Below are positions 19,659-28,346 of a stretch of DNA of 32,765 nucleotides, piece after piece. A model generated the notes under the pieces. That model did not search any database. It was not told the origin of the DNA and saw only the letters and a program-made list of their open reading frames with translations. The number at the start of each line of letters is the position of its first letter. The stretch's first letter is position 1. Origin of the DNA: a virus (taxonomy: Duplodnaviria; Caudoviricetes); IMG/VR virus record IMGVR_UViG_3300037634_008553, positions 1-32,765 of that record, one strand, 5' to 3'. The position numbers and the translations under genes were made by a program.

Positions 19659-20074
19659 AACTATTAATGGAAAACTGGCGTGAGTTCTTGAAAGAGGCAG
19701 AAGATGAAGATGACCCTCGTGGAGAGTGGGTGCCAAAACATGCGAGCCGTGTCATGGCAGGCGGCGATGAATATAAAGTCGTCCCCGTGGATTGGGAGCC
19801 TCCCGCCGCAGAAGGCGTAGCGAATATCTTGGAGTTGGAAGGCGACGAGTTGGCTAAAAAGCTGATTCAACTGAGTGACACCGACGCCACGACGATCGAC
19901 CGCTGGCGCCAGAAGGGCCAAGTAGAGCTAGCTGCTAGCAGTGTTGTTGACGATGCTGTAATGAAAATATGGGACACTTTATCGCCAGAAATGCAAGAAG
20001 AGATTCAAACCAAGGTGCCAGATATGGAACAGACGGTCATAGATTATATCAATATTGAACCAATTGGGCTTTAA
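19655..20074 (+). CDS. Putative internal head protein (inserted cassette) with leader MKLLMENWREFLKEA
   Basis: Leader resembles the T4 internal-protein targeting sequence MKTYQEFIAE. Acidic body. Flanked by 26-bp direct repeats. Confidence 0.5.
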   Translation: MKLLMENWREFLKEAEDEDDPRGEWVPKHASRVMAGGDEYKVVPVDWEPPAAEGVANILELEGDELAKKLIQLSDTDATTIDRWRQKGQVELAASSVVDDAVMKIWDTLSPEMQEEIQTKVPDMEQTVIDYINIEPIGL

Positions 20075-20078
20075 AAAC

Positions 20079-20104
20079 ATTAAAATGACTTGGTTAGCAG
20101 TTAA
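20079..20104 (+). repeat. 26-bp direct repeat, copy 2
   Basis: Identical to 19617-19642. Contains the ATG (20085) of the next gene. Confidence 0.95.
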
Positions 20105-20534
20105 AACATTTTTTAAGAAAGCATATGTAACAGTCATTAAATACTGGCAATACTTCGCTCTCGCTGCTTACACCGTCGCCATGTTCCTTATATTAAGAAA
20201 GGGTAACAACACCGAAAGCGTCAAGCAAGCATTTAAAATGTCTAAAGAGTCTCACAAAGAAGAGCTTAACGTAATTAATCGGGCACACAAAGAAGAAATA
20301 ACAAAAAGAGACAAGATCGTTGTGGACTACGCTAATGCCGTTATGAAGCTTGATGACGAATACAAGAAACAAAACCTCAAGCTCCACGAGTGGGAAAAGA
20401 AAAAAGTTAAAAAAATTGTCAAAGAGACTCATAATGATCCAGAGGGTAGAGCTAAAAAGATCGCCGAAGAATTTGGCTTTGAATTGGTGTTAACAGATGA
20501 TGAAAAAGATCTTCGCGACGTTGTTGATTTTTAG
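20085..20534 (+). CDS. Putative i-spanin-like membrane protein
   Basis: Start revised to ATG 20085 (MTWLAVK). Single N-terminal TM (YWQYFALAAYTVAMFLIL) followed by a charged coiled coil. Overlaps the next gene. Confidence 0.5.
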   Translation: MTWLAVKTFFKKAYVTVIKYWQYFALAAYTVAMFLILRKGNNTESVKQAFKMSKESHKEELNVINRAHKEEITKRDKIVVDYANAVMKLDDEYKKQNLKLHEWEKKKVKKIVKETHNDPEGRAKKIAEEFGFELVLTDDEKDLRDVVDF

Positions 20535-20946
20535 TTTAATTTGGTTTCCATCCACGTCGCTCGCAGAAACCCCCAAAGTAGCAGAAATAAAACAAGGCCA
20601 GAAGGCTCCCTTCAATGGCATCCTTTACAACTACCAAGCCAACGCAGTTTTGTTAGCCTCCAAAGAAAAAGGCCAATTAGAGTGTACACTACAGCTTAAA
20701 AACAACGTAGCCAAAGAAAAAGCCAAGTGTGACATGCTCACTTCGATCGTCAAGGCTTCGTTAGACGCCACACAAAAGAAATACGACGCTATTTTAAAAA
20801 TCAAAAATGGCCAGATCGACCACCTTGAAAAAATAACGCTGGACAAACCTAGCGACTATAACAATTGGTGGTTTGCTGGTGGTTTTGTTGGCGGCGTGGC
20901 TTTGTCGATGGGTATTTTTTATGCAGCGGTCCAAACAGCAAAATGA
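20497..20946 (+). CDS. Exported coiled-coil protein with C-terminal hydrophobic anchor, possible spanin partner
   Basis: Signal peptide MKKIFATLLIFSLIWFPSTSLA without a lipobox Cys; GQKAPFNGIL; coiled coil; C-terminal WWFAGGFVGGVALSMGIFYAA. Confidence 0.45.
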   Translation: MMKKIFATLLIFSLIWFPSTSLAETPKVAEIKQGQKAPFNGILYNYQANAVLLASKEKGQLECTLQLKNNVAKEKAKCDMLTSIVKASLDATQKKYDAILKIKNGQIDHLEKITLDKPSDYNNWWFAGGFVGGVALSMGIFYAAVQTAK

Positions 20947-21320
20947 CAAAGAAAAAAGACTGGGACTATATTGCCCGACTTGAAAAAGCCATAGCTAAAA
21001 AATATGGTAACGAAGCCATCCAGAATCCAGCCTCTAGCTGGGACGAAGAAAAAGAGAAAGAGTACCTTAAACAACTCAAGCAAGCAGTCAATTCCGAGAG
21101 TGCCAGCGAATATTTGGAAAAGGAAGGGTTTTTAATTAGCGAAAAACTAATTAATAAAGATGGAATAGTTAATTGCACAGTGTGTAGTAAACAAATTATT
21201 TCACTTAGAGACAAAATGTTTTTTAACAAGTATGAGACTTGCTCAAAATGTTATATAACTTTTGTCGAAGGACGCGAAGAGCGTTGGCAAACTGGATGGA
21301 GGCCCGAAAATGGCAGTTAG
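20943..21320 (+). CDS. Hypothetical zinc-finger protein
   Basis: Start revised to ATG 20943 (ATGA overlap). CTVC...CSKC motif; ends EGREERWQTGWRP. Confidence 0.6.
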   Translation: MTKKKDWDYIARLEKAIAKKYGNEAIQNPASSWDEEKEKEYLKQLKQAVNSESASEYLEKEGFLISEKLINKDGIVNCTVCSKQIISLRDKMFFNKYETCSKCYITFVEGREERWQTGWRPENGS

Positions 21321-21879
21321 CGTATTAGATGTGTTGAGAACAATTTCTTCTATTTGTGGACAATATGGACACGATGGAGCATATGATGAGAAGGGAGAGC
21401 CGATTGATTTGGGCTTAGATAGAAATTTTGGAGATCCAATTAAAGATTCTCGTGTTATAGACGGCTTTAAGGTTCGATTTGGGGGCCCTTATTTGTATAT
21501 TAGTTATGAGGGAGAAGTCTCTTTAAGGGATTTGCACAGGAATGGGCCTAAGAATTTTGAAGACGATATAGAAAGAAAATTTAAAAATATTTCAAGCTTT
21601 ATTAAGAAAGAGTATGGTAAGATGAAAATGGGACGCCTGCGACTTAAAGATGAGGGCGTAGCAGATACTCGCATAGAAAGAATATCAAATTATAGAAACT
21701 TTTGTACCTCTATTAAGCGCTATCTTATTGGCAATATAAGCACTCCACAAATCAGGACCATCGAGCCCAATAAAGAGATAGCACCTCTTACACTTGGCGA
21801 GTCGATTAAAGATATGATAAAAGATGGCTCTTCTCATAATAGGAAAAATAAAGAAAAAAGTTTTAGAAATGTTAAGTAA
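21310..21879 (+). CDS. Hypothetical protein upstream of terminase
   Basis: Start revised to ATG 21310, with GGAGG at 21298-21302. Coupled to terL by TAATG. Confidence 0.6.
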   Translation: MAVSVLDVLRTISSICGQYGHDGAYDEKGEPIDLGLDRNFGDPIKDSRVIDGFKVRFGGPYLYISYEGEVSLRDLHRNGPKNFEDDIERKFKNISSFIKKEYGKMKMGRLRLKDEGVADTRIERISNYRNFCTSIKRYLIGNISTPQIRTIEPNKEIAPLTLGESIKDMIKDGSSHNRKNKEKSFRNVK

Positions 21880-23447
21880 TGGCATACAAATTAACAAAAG
21901 GCGAGATCAGAAAAGAACTACTTAAATGTGGTCGTAATCCAAATTATTTTATTAATAATTATGTAAAAATTGCACATCCCATCAAGGGCTTGGTGCCTTT
22001 TAAATTATATAATTTTCAAGAAGATGTCGTAAAAGACTTCGAAGATTATCGGTTTAATATAGTGTTAAAAGCACGCCAGTTGGGGCTATCCACTACAACG
22101 GCCGCCTATATAACGTGGCTTTTGTTATTTCATCGAAATAAAAATGTGGTAATAATGGCGACCAAGCTTGCCACCGCAGCCAATTTGGTTAAGAAAGTAA
22201 AGTTGGCTATGAAATCTTTACCCGAATGGATGAAAATTTCAAAAATGGTCATCAACAATCGAAATAGTTTTGAATTGGCCAATGGTTCACAAGTTAAAGC
22301 CATTTCTACATCTGGCGACGCCGGCCGATCAGAGGCTTTGTCGTTGTTGGTATTGGATGAGGCGGCAATTATAGAAAATATGGAACACTTGTGGGCTGGT
22401 TTATATCCCACTCTTTCGACGGGAGGTAATTGCATTATTCTTTCTACTCCCAACGGTGTTGGTAACTTGTTCCACAAATTGTATACCGAAGCCGAAGAAG
22501 GCGCTAACGATTTTAATCCAGTTAAGCTTCTATGGGACCGGCACCCAGAACGAGATCAGGCGTGGCTTGAGAAAGAAACTAGAAACATGTCTCCGAGGGA
22601 AATCGCTCAAGAATTGATGTGTAGTTTTAACACTTCGGGCGCCACGCTTCTTTCCGGTACCGATTTACAATTAATAGGTGAAAATATAAAAGAGCCCAAA
22701 TATAAAACTGGTTTTGATAGAAATTTATGGATTTGGGAAACTTATGATGAGGCACAAAAGTATCTTTTGATTGCGGATGTTGCCCGAGGCGACGGTGAAG
22801 ACTTTTCCGCCGTGCAAATAATGAATATAAATAATATGGAACAAGTTGCCGAATATCAAGGAAAACTGCCTTTAGATCTTTTTGCTCGCTTTATTTATGA
22901 TACCAGTAAAGAGTATGGTCATTGTTTGACGGTAGTGGAGAACAATTCAATCGGAATTTCTGTTCTAGAAAAATTAAAAGATTTGGGCCATCCAAATTTA
23001 TATTATAGTAAAAAAAGCAGTCATGAATATGTAGAAAACGCTTATGACGAAATGGATGGTGTAATACCGGGATTTTCTAATACAACCAAGACCCGACCTT
23101 TAATTATAGCGAAGCTTGAGGAATTTATTCGCAATAAAGCAATTAGCATTAATTCACTTAGAATATATAATGAATTTAAAACATTCGTTTGGAATAATGG
23201 AAAAGCAGAAGCTATGCGAAGTTATCATGATGATCTTGTTATGGCCATGGCCATTGCTTGTTGGGTAAGGGATACGGCTCTTATTATAAATAAAAAAGAA
23301 ATTCAATATAAGAAGGCGCTGCTGGGCTCTTTAAGAACTACGCGGTCAACATTAAACACTTCTTTGAGCGGAATGAAGAGACAGGAACAGCGCGTAATTA
23401 ATTTACGCGCTGAAAAGAAAATCAATTTACCTTTTTTTATAGGATAA
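21879..23447 (+). CDS. terL: Terminase large subunit (T4 gp17-like)
   Basis: Walker A KARQLGLSTT, Walker B LLVLDEAA, motif III STPNG, nuclease motifs ADVARGDGEDFS and HDDLVMA. Confidence 0.95.
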   Translation: MAYKLTKGEIRKELLKCGRNPNYFINNYVKIAHPIKGLVPFKLYNFQEDVVKDFEDYRFNIVLKARQLGLSTTTAAYITWLLLFHRNKNVVIMATKLATAANLVKKVKLAMKSLPEWMKISKMVINNRNSFELANGSQVKAISTSGDAGRSEALSLLVLDEAAIIENMEHLWAGLYPTLSTGGNCIILSTPNGVGNLFHKLYTEAEEGANDFNPVKLLWDRHPERDQAWLEKETRNMSPREIAQELMCSFNTSGATLLSGTDLQLIGENIKEPKYKTGFDRNLWIWETYDEAQKYLLIADVARGDGEDFSAVQIMNINNMEQVAEYQGKLPLDLFARFIYDTSKEYGHCLTVVENNSIGISVLEKLKDLGHPNLYYSKKSSHEYVENAYDEMDGVIPGFSNTTKTRPLIIAKLEEFIRNKAISINSLRIYNEFKTFVWNNGKAEAMRSYHDDLVMAMAIACWVRDTALIINKKEIQYKKALLGSLRTTRSTLNTSLSGMKRQEQRVINLRAEKKINLPFFIG

Positions 23448-23451
23448 TTTA

Positions 23452-25518
23452 ATGGCAGACAACAAAAGAAATCCGGCAAATAAAGATTCAACACTTTTTA
23501 AAAGGCTAACAAGGCTTTTTTCAGGACCAATTGTTGATTACAGAATACAAAATGTTCGCCGCGATCGTCGCCGGCGCCTAGATAAGTACGCTAGCAAGTT
23601 TAAAAGCGCTAGTGGTTTACAATTCAAAAAGAAAGCCTATAATCCATATGAAAATTTAATGTCCAATCGGATGATTAATCAGGCCCGCGCAGAGCGATAC
23701 CAAGATTTTGATCAAATGGAATATACGCCCGAATTGGCAAGCGCTCTTGACATCTATGCAGACGAAATTACAACTTTTAATAGCTATGAAGAGCTTGTAA
23801 AGATTGATTGCAACAACGAAGAAATCAAAGAAATTTTACACGCTTTGTTTTATAAAGTTTTAAATATAGAATTTAATCTTTTTGGCTGGACGCGCACGAT
23901 GTGTAAATATGGCGACTATTTTATGTATTTAGACATCGATGATGAGATGGGCGTTACTAGTGTTATCGGGCTTCCTTGTGAAGAGGTGGAGAGATTGGAA
24001 GGTGAGGATAAGACCAACCCAAATTATGTACAATTCCAGTGGAATTCCGGAGGCCTCACGTTCGAAAATTGGCAAATGGCGCATTTCCGAATTTTGGGTA
24101 ATGATAAGCATGTGCCATATGGCACCGGTGTTCTTGACCCCGGCCGCAGAATTTGGCGTCAGTTGGTTCTTATAGAAGACGCGATGCTGGCTTATCGCAT
24201 TGTTAGGGCGCCCGATCGACGTGCGTTTTATGTTGATGTGGGCGGTATTCCTCCTGAAGAGGTCGAGCAGTTCATGCAAAAAGTCATGACACAGATGAAA
24301 CGCCATCAGGTTGTTGATCCAGAGACTGGAAGAGTGGACTTGCGTTACAACCCAGCTTCAATTGAAGAAGACTATTATATTCCTGTGCGAGGTGGCACGG
24401 CCGGCACACGAATTGAGACTGTTGGGGGTCAAACCCGGATTAATGATATTGAAGACGTTAAATACTTAAGAGATAAATTGTTCGCAGCTATTAAAATTCC
24501 ATCTGCTTATATATCGCGTGGCATAGATGCTACTCCTGAAGATAAAACAACTCTTGCTCAAAAAGATATTCGTTTTGCGAGGACGATTACTCGCCTTCAA
24601 CGCTCTGTTATTTCAGAAATAGAAAAAATTGGTATTATTCACTTGTATACATTAGGGTATCGAGGAGATGATTTGCTGTCTTTCACCCTTTCTTTGCACA
24701 ACCCCTCTCAGATCGCTCAACTTCAAGAGTTGGAGAATCTAAGGGTAAAATTGGAAATAAGCACTGCGGCAATGACTGGGCCGTTTAGCCAACGTTGGAT
24801 AGCACAAAATATCTTTGGGATGTCTGAAGAGGAATTGTTGCGCAACCAGAGAGAAAAGTTTTATGATAAGAAGCTTGAGGCTGCATATGCCAAGGTCGCT
24901 GAAGCGGCGGTAGGTGGTGAAACTGGCCTAGGCGGCGGTTTCGGCATTGGGGCAACACCCGTCGCCGGCGAAGAGCTTGGCTTGGGCGAAGAGTTTGGCG
25001 CCCCGACCGCTGAACTTGGCGCCCCCGATGCAGAAATCGCTCCCGCCGCCGGCGAACCGCCGATCGTCGCGCCACCTGCCGCCGGAGAACCCGGTGCGGA
25101 TGCAGGCCCACTCCCGGGCCCCGGCGAGACCGCACTTTTGGCAAAACCAACTACAGCACCGGGCAAACGTGATGAGGAGTGGGTGGCTGTTAGGAGAAGC
25201 GTCATTAATGATTTAGAAACAACCACGGCCAAATCAAAAGGGAAGTGGCACAAGCCCACTCCGCAGGGGTTGGATAAAAGAAAAAATATGGCTCCTCGCC
25301 GCAAGAGCATGAAATCTATGGGAGGCCACCAACAAGGTGGTCGTAGAAAGACACATAAGGGCTATCAAGAATTGAATCGTCTTGGAAGGGGCATTGTAAC
25401 AGAATCTAAATTACAACAGGTGGCCAATCTCGCAGAAAGAGAACTATTTATAGTGAATGAAGAGTTTAATGATTTGATTGAAAGTTTGGAGGTCAAAATT
25501 GATGAAAATGAATCATAA
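23452..25518 (+). CDS. Portal protein (T4 gp20-like) with long low-complexity C-terminal extension
   Basis: QLVLIEDAMLAYRIVRAPDRRAFYVDVGGIP, EEDYYIPVRGG and IEDVKYLRDKLFAAIKIP are gp20-family motifs. Confidence 0.93.
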   Translation: MADNKRNPANKDSTLFKRLTRLFSGPIVDYRIQNVRRDRRRRLDKYASKFKSASGLQFKKKAYNPYENLMSNRMINQARAERYQDFDQMEYTPELASALDIYADEITTFNSYEELVKIDCNNEEIKEILHALFYKVLNIEFNLFGWTRTMCKYGDYFMYLDIDDEMGVTSVIGLPCEEVERLEGEDKTNPNYVQFQWNSGGLTFENWQMAHFRILGNDKHVPYGTGVLDPGRRIWRQLVLIEDAMLAYRIVRAPDRRAFYVDVGGIPPEEVEQFMQKVMTQMKRHQVVDPETGRVDLRYNPASIEEDYYIPVRGGTAGTRIETVGGQTRINDIEDVKYLRDKLFAAIKIPSAYISRGIDATPEDKTTLAQKDIRFARTITRLQRSVISEIEKIGIIHLYTLGYRGDDLLSFTLSLHNPSQIAQLQELENLRVKLEISTAAMTGPFSQRWIAQNIFGMSEEELLRNQREKFYDKKLEAAYAKVAEAAVGGETGLGGGFGIGATPVAGEELGLGEEFGAPTAELGAPDAEIAPAAGEPPIVAPPAAGEPGADAGPLPGPGETALLAKPTTAPGKRDEEWVAVRRSVINDLETTTAKSKGKWHKPTPQGLDKRKNMAPRRKSMKSMGGHQQGGRRKTHKGYQELNRLGRGIVTESKLQQVANLAERELFIVNEEFNDLIESLEVKIDENES
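25443..25452 (+). promoter_or_regulatory. Candidate late promoter ACTATTTATA
   Basis: About 50 nt upstream of ATG 25502, within the 3' end of the portal gene. Confidence 0.4.
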
Positions 25519-26320
25519 TAAGAAAAGAAATACCGCTTTTCTTTTTGAAAGCTTGGTTAGGGAGATCACCAAAGCCGCGATTAAAAACGATAATAAAAAA
25601 AAGGCAGTTATAGCTTCTGTAATTAAAGAATTTTTTTATAAACAAAAAATCCTCAACAAAGAGCTTACTTTATATAAAGAAGTTTATAGAGGTCAAGGCC
25701 TTTCAAAGGATATCGCTGAAAAAATTCTAGAAGAAGTAAAAGAGGAATATAAAAAGATTGATCGGAAAGAGGTTTTTAACGAGCAAACAAGGCTTATTAA
25801 TAAAATAAACAAAATGATTGGCCCCGGTGCCTTTAATAATTTTGTACCAAACTATAAAGCTCTTGCCAGCATTTATCAAATTTTTAATAAAACCATGGCC
25901 ATCAAGTCTCGTGTTTTGTTAGAGGCCAAAGTTGTTAATTCCATGTGCACTAAAATAGTTGCAGAACAAGAAGAAATGACAAAGGTAACAAAACCGGTTT
26001 TGAAAATTTTTACTAATAAATTTAAAACAACTTATAAAAATTTACTAGAAGAGCAACAAATTCTTTTACACCAATACATAACTTCTGTACGAGATAATGG
26101 CCTAGAGCTTAAAACATATATTAATGAAGAGATCCATAGAATTAAAGAAGAACTAAATTTATATTCTAAAAAGAATAAAGAAGACAAACTGGTAAGAGAA
26201 AAGATTCAAAAAATTCTAGAAGTGATTGAAGGGTTTAAAGGCGAATATATATCAGAAGAGATGCTTTCAAAACTTTTAAAACTCCAAAAATTGGCTGTAG
26301 AGATCAAAAAAGATGGCTGA
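25502..26320 (+). CDS. Hypothetical helical head-module protein
   Basis: Start revised to ATG 25502, with GGAGGT at 25488-25493. Begins MKMNHNKKRNTAFLFESL. Lies between portal and protease. Confidence 0.65.
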   Translation: MKMNHNKKRNTAFLFESLVREITKAAIKNDNKKKAVIASVIKEFFYKQKILNKELTLYKEVYRGQGLSKDIAEKILEEVKEEYKKIDRKEVFNEQTRLINKINKMIGPGAFNNFVPNYKALASIYQIFNKTMAIKSRVLLEAKVVNSMCTKIVAEQEEMTKVTKPVLKIFTNKFKTTYKNLLEEQQILLHQYITSVRDNGLELKTYINEEIHRIKEELNLYSKKNKEDKLVREKIQKILEVIEGFKGEYISEEMLSKLLKLQKLAVEIKKDG

Positions 26321-26882
26321 AAAAATAAAAATTGATATTAATAAAATGGTCGCTCTTAGGTTAATTAAGTCTTCACCAGAAATTAAGATTTCTGTTGAAA
26401 AGCCTATTAAAATAGAGTTGATTTTACGCCGCGGCCTTTCGGGCGAATATTTTATATCTGACCACCCACTTATAGACATTGTTTTGATGCCTCAAAAAAA
26501 TAAAATTGTTACATTCGCAAAGCGCTTACCAAAATATGATCCATATATTGCACAAGACAAATTCTTTGATTTTCTCATGAGAAAAGGCGTAATTGTTCCT
26601 GATACTGTACAGGGCGGAAATGTTTTAGGTTCCATGGAAGCGGTTTATCCGATAAACAATGATGTTGATACTATTCAAGCCCTTCTTTTGCTCACCTATT
26701 TGTTTATTAAGGAAGAGATTCCGTTGTATCAGCACATAGACGCTTTTGAGCAAGAATTTGACGACGAGCTTTTGGATCCCGATCCACAAAACAGCACAGA
26801 GTTGGGAGAAGTCCCGCAAGACCCTCGCAAAGGCTCTATAGACCCAGCCATGAAGCCCTATGGCCTAATTTATCGTATCTAA
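26313..26882 (+). CDS. Hypothetical head-module protein
   Basis: 189-aa ORF overlapping the previous stop. Acidic C-terminus with STELGEVPQ. Confidence 0.6.
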   Translation: MAEKIKIDINKMVALRLIKSSPEIKISVEKPIKIELILRRGLSGEYFISDHPLIDIVLMPQKNKIVTFAKRLPKYDPYIAQDKFFDFLMRKGVIVPDTVQGGNVLGSMEAVYPINNDVDTIQALLLLTYLFIKEEIPLYQHIDAFEQEFDDELLDPDPQNSTELGEVPQDPRKGSIDPAMKPYGLIYRI

Positions 26883-26893
26883 GAGAGGTAGAA

Positions 26894-27190
26894 GTGGAAT
26901 TATTGTGGTTTATTTTGTCGTGTTATGGTTTAACACAAGTACTGGTTTACGGCTCTATATTTAATAAGATAAGACCCTCAAAGGGTTTTTTTGGAGAACT
27001 GTTTCACTGCCCGATGTGTTTGGGCTTTTGGATTGGCGTATTTGTATATGCCATTTCCTTTTACACAGAACTATTTACTTTTGAGTTGAACTGGGCCAAC
27101 CCATTATTGCTTGGCTCATTAAGTTCAGGCACCTCATACGCCTTAAGTATGTTATTTGGAGATGAAGGAATCAATGTCAAAAGGAACTAA
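26894..27190 (+). CDS. Small membrane protein with CxxC (DUF1360-like)
   Basis: GTG start with GAGGT at 26885-26889. Hydrophobic helices and ELFHCPMCLGFWIG. Confidence 0.6.
   Translation: MELLWFILSCYGLTQVLVYGSIFNKIRPSKGFFGELFHCPMCLGFWIGVFVYAISFYTELFTFELNWANPLLLGSLSSGTSYALSMLFGDEGINVKRN
27070..27077 (+). promoter_or_regulatory. Candidate late promoter ACTATTTA
   Basis: About 97 nt upstream of the small ORF at 27174, ahead of the protease cluster. Confidence 0.35.
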
Positions 27191-27281
27191 CATTTTTGTT
27201 GAAACTCGTTGGATGTTGCAGCCACCCCGTTTGTGCAAAAACGGCTGCTGTATCGAGCGGGTAACGCCCGCTGGGAAATAG
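27174..27281 (+). CDS. Unannotated 35-aa Cys-rich peptide MSKGTNIFVETRWMLQPPRLCKNGCCIERVTPAGK
   Basis: Fills the gap between 27190 and 27286. Purine-rich GGAGATGAAGGAA upstream. Below the ORF-track size cut-off. Confidence 0.5.
   Translation: MSKGTNIFVETRWMLQPPRLCKNGCCIERVTPAGK
27256..27272 (+). other. GC-rich hairpin AGCGGG-TAACG-CCCGCT
   Basis: Perfect 6-bp inverted repeat. No U-tract follows it. Confidence 0.55.
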
Positions 27282-27285
27282 ATAA

Positions 27286-27741
27286 ATGAAAATCACTAAG
27301 AAAAGATTTAATGAGATCACGCAGATGGCTTTAAAAGAGGCGCTTACAAACATTTTTTTGGATTCCTCAAAAGAGCTTTTAGGGGAGCACTTTCTTGACA
27401 CTGGCGAAATACCAGCAACGGAAGAAAAACCACCCCCGGAAAGCACCGCAGCCGGTGCACCAACTGCAGATCCCTGCGATGGGATGACCGACGCTGAGTT
27501 GTCCGAAGCCAAGAGTAAAGCATCTAGATGGCAGTCACAAATTACGACTATTGCTCAGCAAGCTCGATCAGCTTTTAGTATGGAACCATATGCCATGGAT
27601 CTTCTGATGTCCGGTATTTGGGGCGATATAAAAAGTATGATTCAGGTGCGCGGCACTGGCGCTACCGAGGGTAAGGTGATGCAGTGCGCCATCCAGTTAG
27701 CCGATTCTGACCTCAAAAAGAGAATGGGGCAAACCCCATGA
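27286..27741 (+). CDS. Putative internal head protein with MKIT-type leader
   Basis: Starts MKITKKRFNEITQMALKEAL. Directly upstream of, and coupled to, the protease. Confidence 0.5.
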   Translation: MKITKKRFNEITQMALKEALTNIFLDSSKELLGEHFLDTGEIPATEEKPPPESTAAGAPTADPCDGMTDAELSEAKSKASRWQSQITTIAQQARSAFSMEPYAMDLLMSGIWGDIKSMIQVRGTGATEGKVMQCAIQLADSDLKKRMGQTP

Positions 27742-28346
27742 GTAAGTTTGTTTTACGAGAATATTTCGCTCTTTGCGAAGGCGGTGTTTGTCAAGACCTT
27801 TTGACAGAGGCTGATAAGAAGTATATTCAAGAAGGCGGCATGATCCTTTCTGGAAAACTCCAAGAAGGCGATTTAGAAAATGGAAACAAACGAATTTACC
27901 CTTTTAATATCTTAAAAAGAGAGATTGAAAATTATAAAAAATCAGTTATTGAAAAACGAGCGATGGGCGAACTTGACCATCCCGAATCTTCAGTTGTAAA
28001 TCTTAAAAACGTTTCGCACATGGTGCTTGATGTGTGGACAGAAGGAAAAGCTGTAATGGGCAAGCTAAAGGTGTTAGATACGCCGTCTGGTAAAATACTG
28101 CGCTCTTTGGTTGACAGCGGAGCCCAACTAGGCATCTCTTCTAGAGGTTTGGGCAGTGTTAAAGAAAAGGCTGGAAAAACTTACGTCGAAGAAGACTTTC
28201 AACTTATTTGTTTTGACATTGTTAGCGACCCTTCGACCCCGGGCGCCTATATGAAATTACAAGAGAGCAAAATGTTAGAAAGCCAAATATTTACACAATC
28301 TGATAGGGTATATCGTTTAATGAACGAAATAATAGGTGATGCTTGA
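27738..28346 (+). CDS. Prohead protease (T4 gp21-like)
   Basis: NGNKRIYP, GELDHPES (catalytic His), GISSRGLGSV (catalytic Ser), FDIVSDPSTPGA. Confidence 0.93.
   Translation: MSKFVLREYFALCEGGVCQDLLTEADKKYIQEGGMILSGKLQEGDLENGNKRIYPFNILKREIENYKKSVIEKRAMGELDHPESSVVNLKNVSHMVLDVWTEGKAVMGKLKVLDTPSGKILRSLVDSGAQLGISSRGLGSVKEKAGKTYVEEDFQLICFDIVSDPSTPGAYMKLQESKMLESQIFTQSDRVYRLMNEIIGDA

Noticed and set aside
19617-20104. 26-bp repeats as a CRISPR array or IS ends
   Set aside because: Only two copies 462 bp apart, not palindromic, with no cas or transposase gene and no terminal inverted repeats.
21879-25518. Inteins or introns in terminase or portal
   Set aside because: Continuous motifs, normal core lengths, and no intein splice motifs or homing endonuclease seen.
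27256-27272. Hairpin as an intrinsic terminator
   Set aside because: No downstream U-tract on either strand, and it lies mid-operon.
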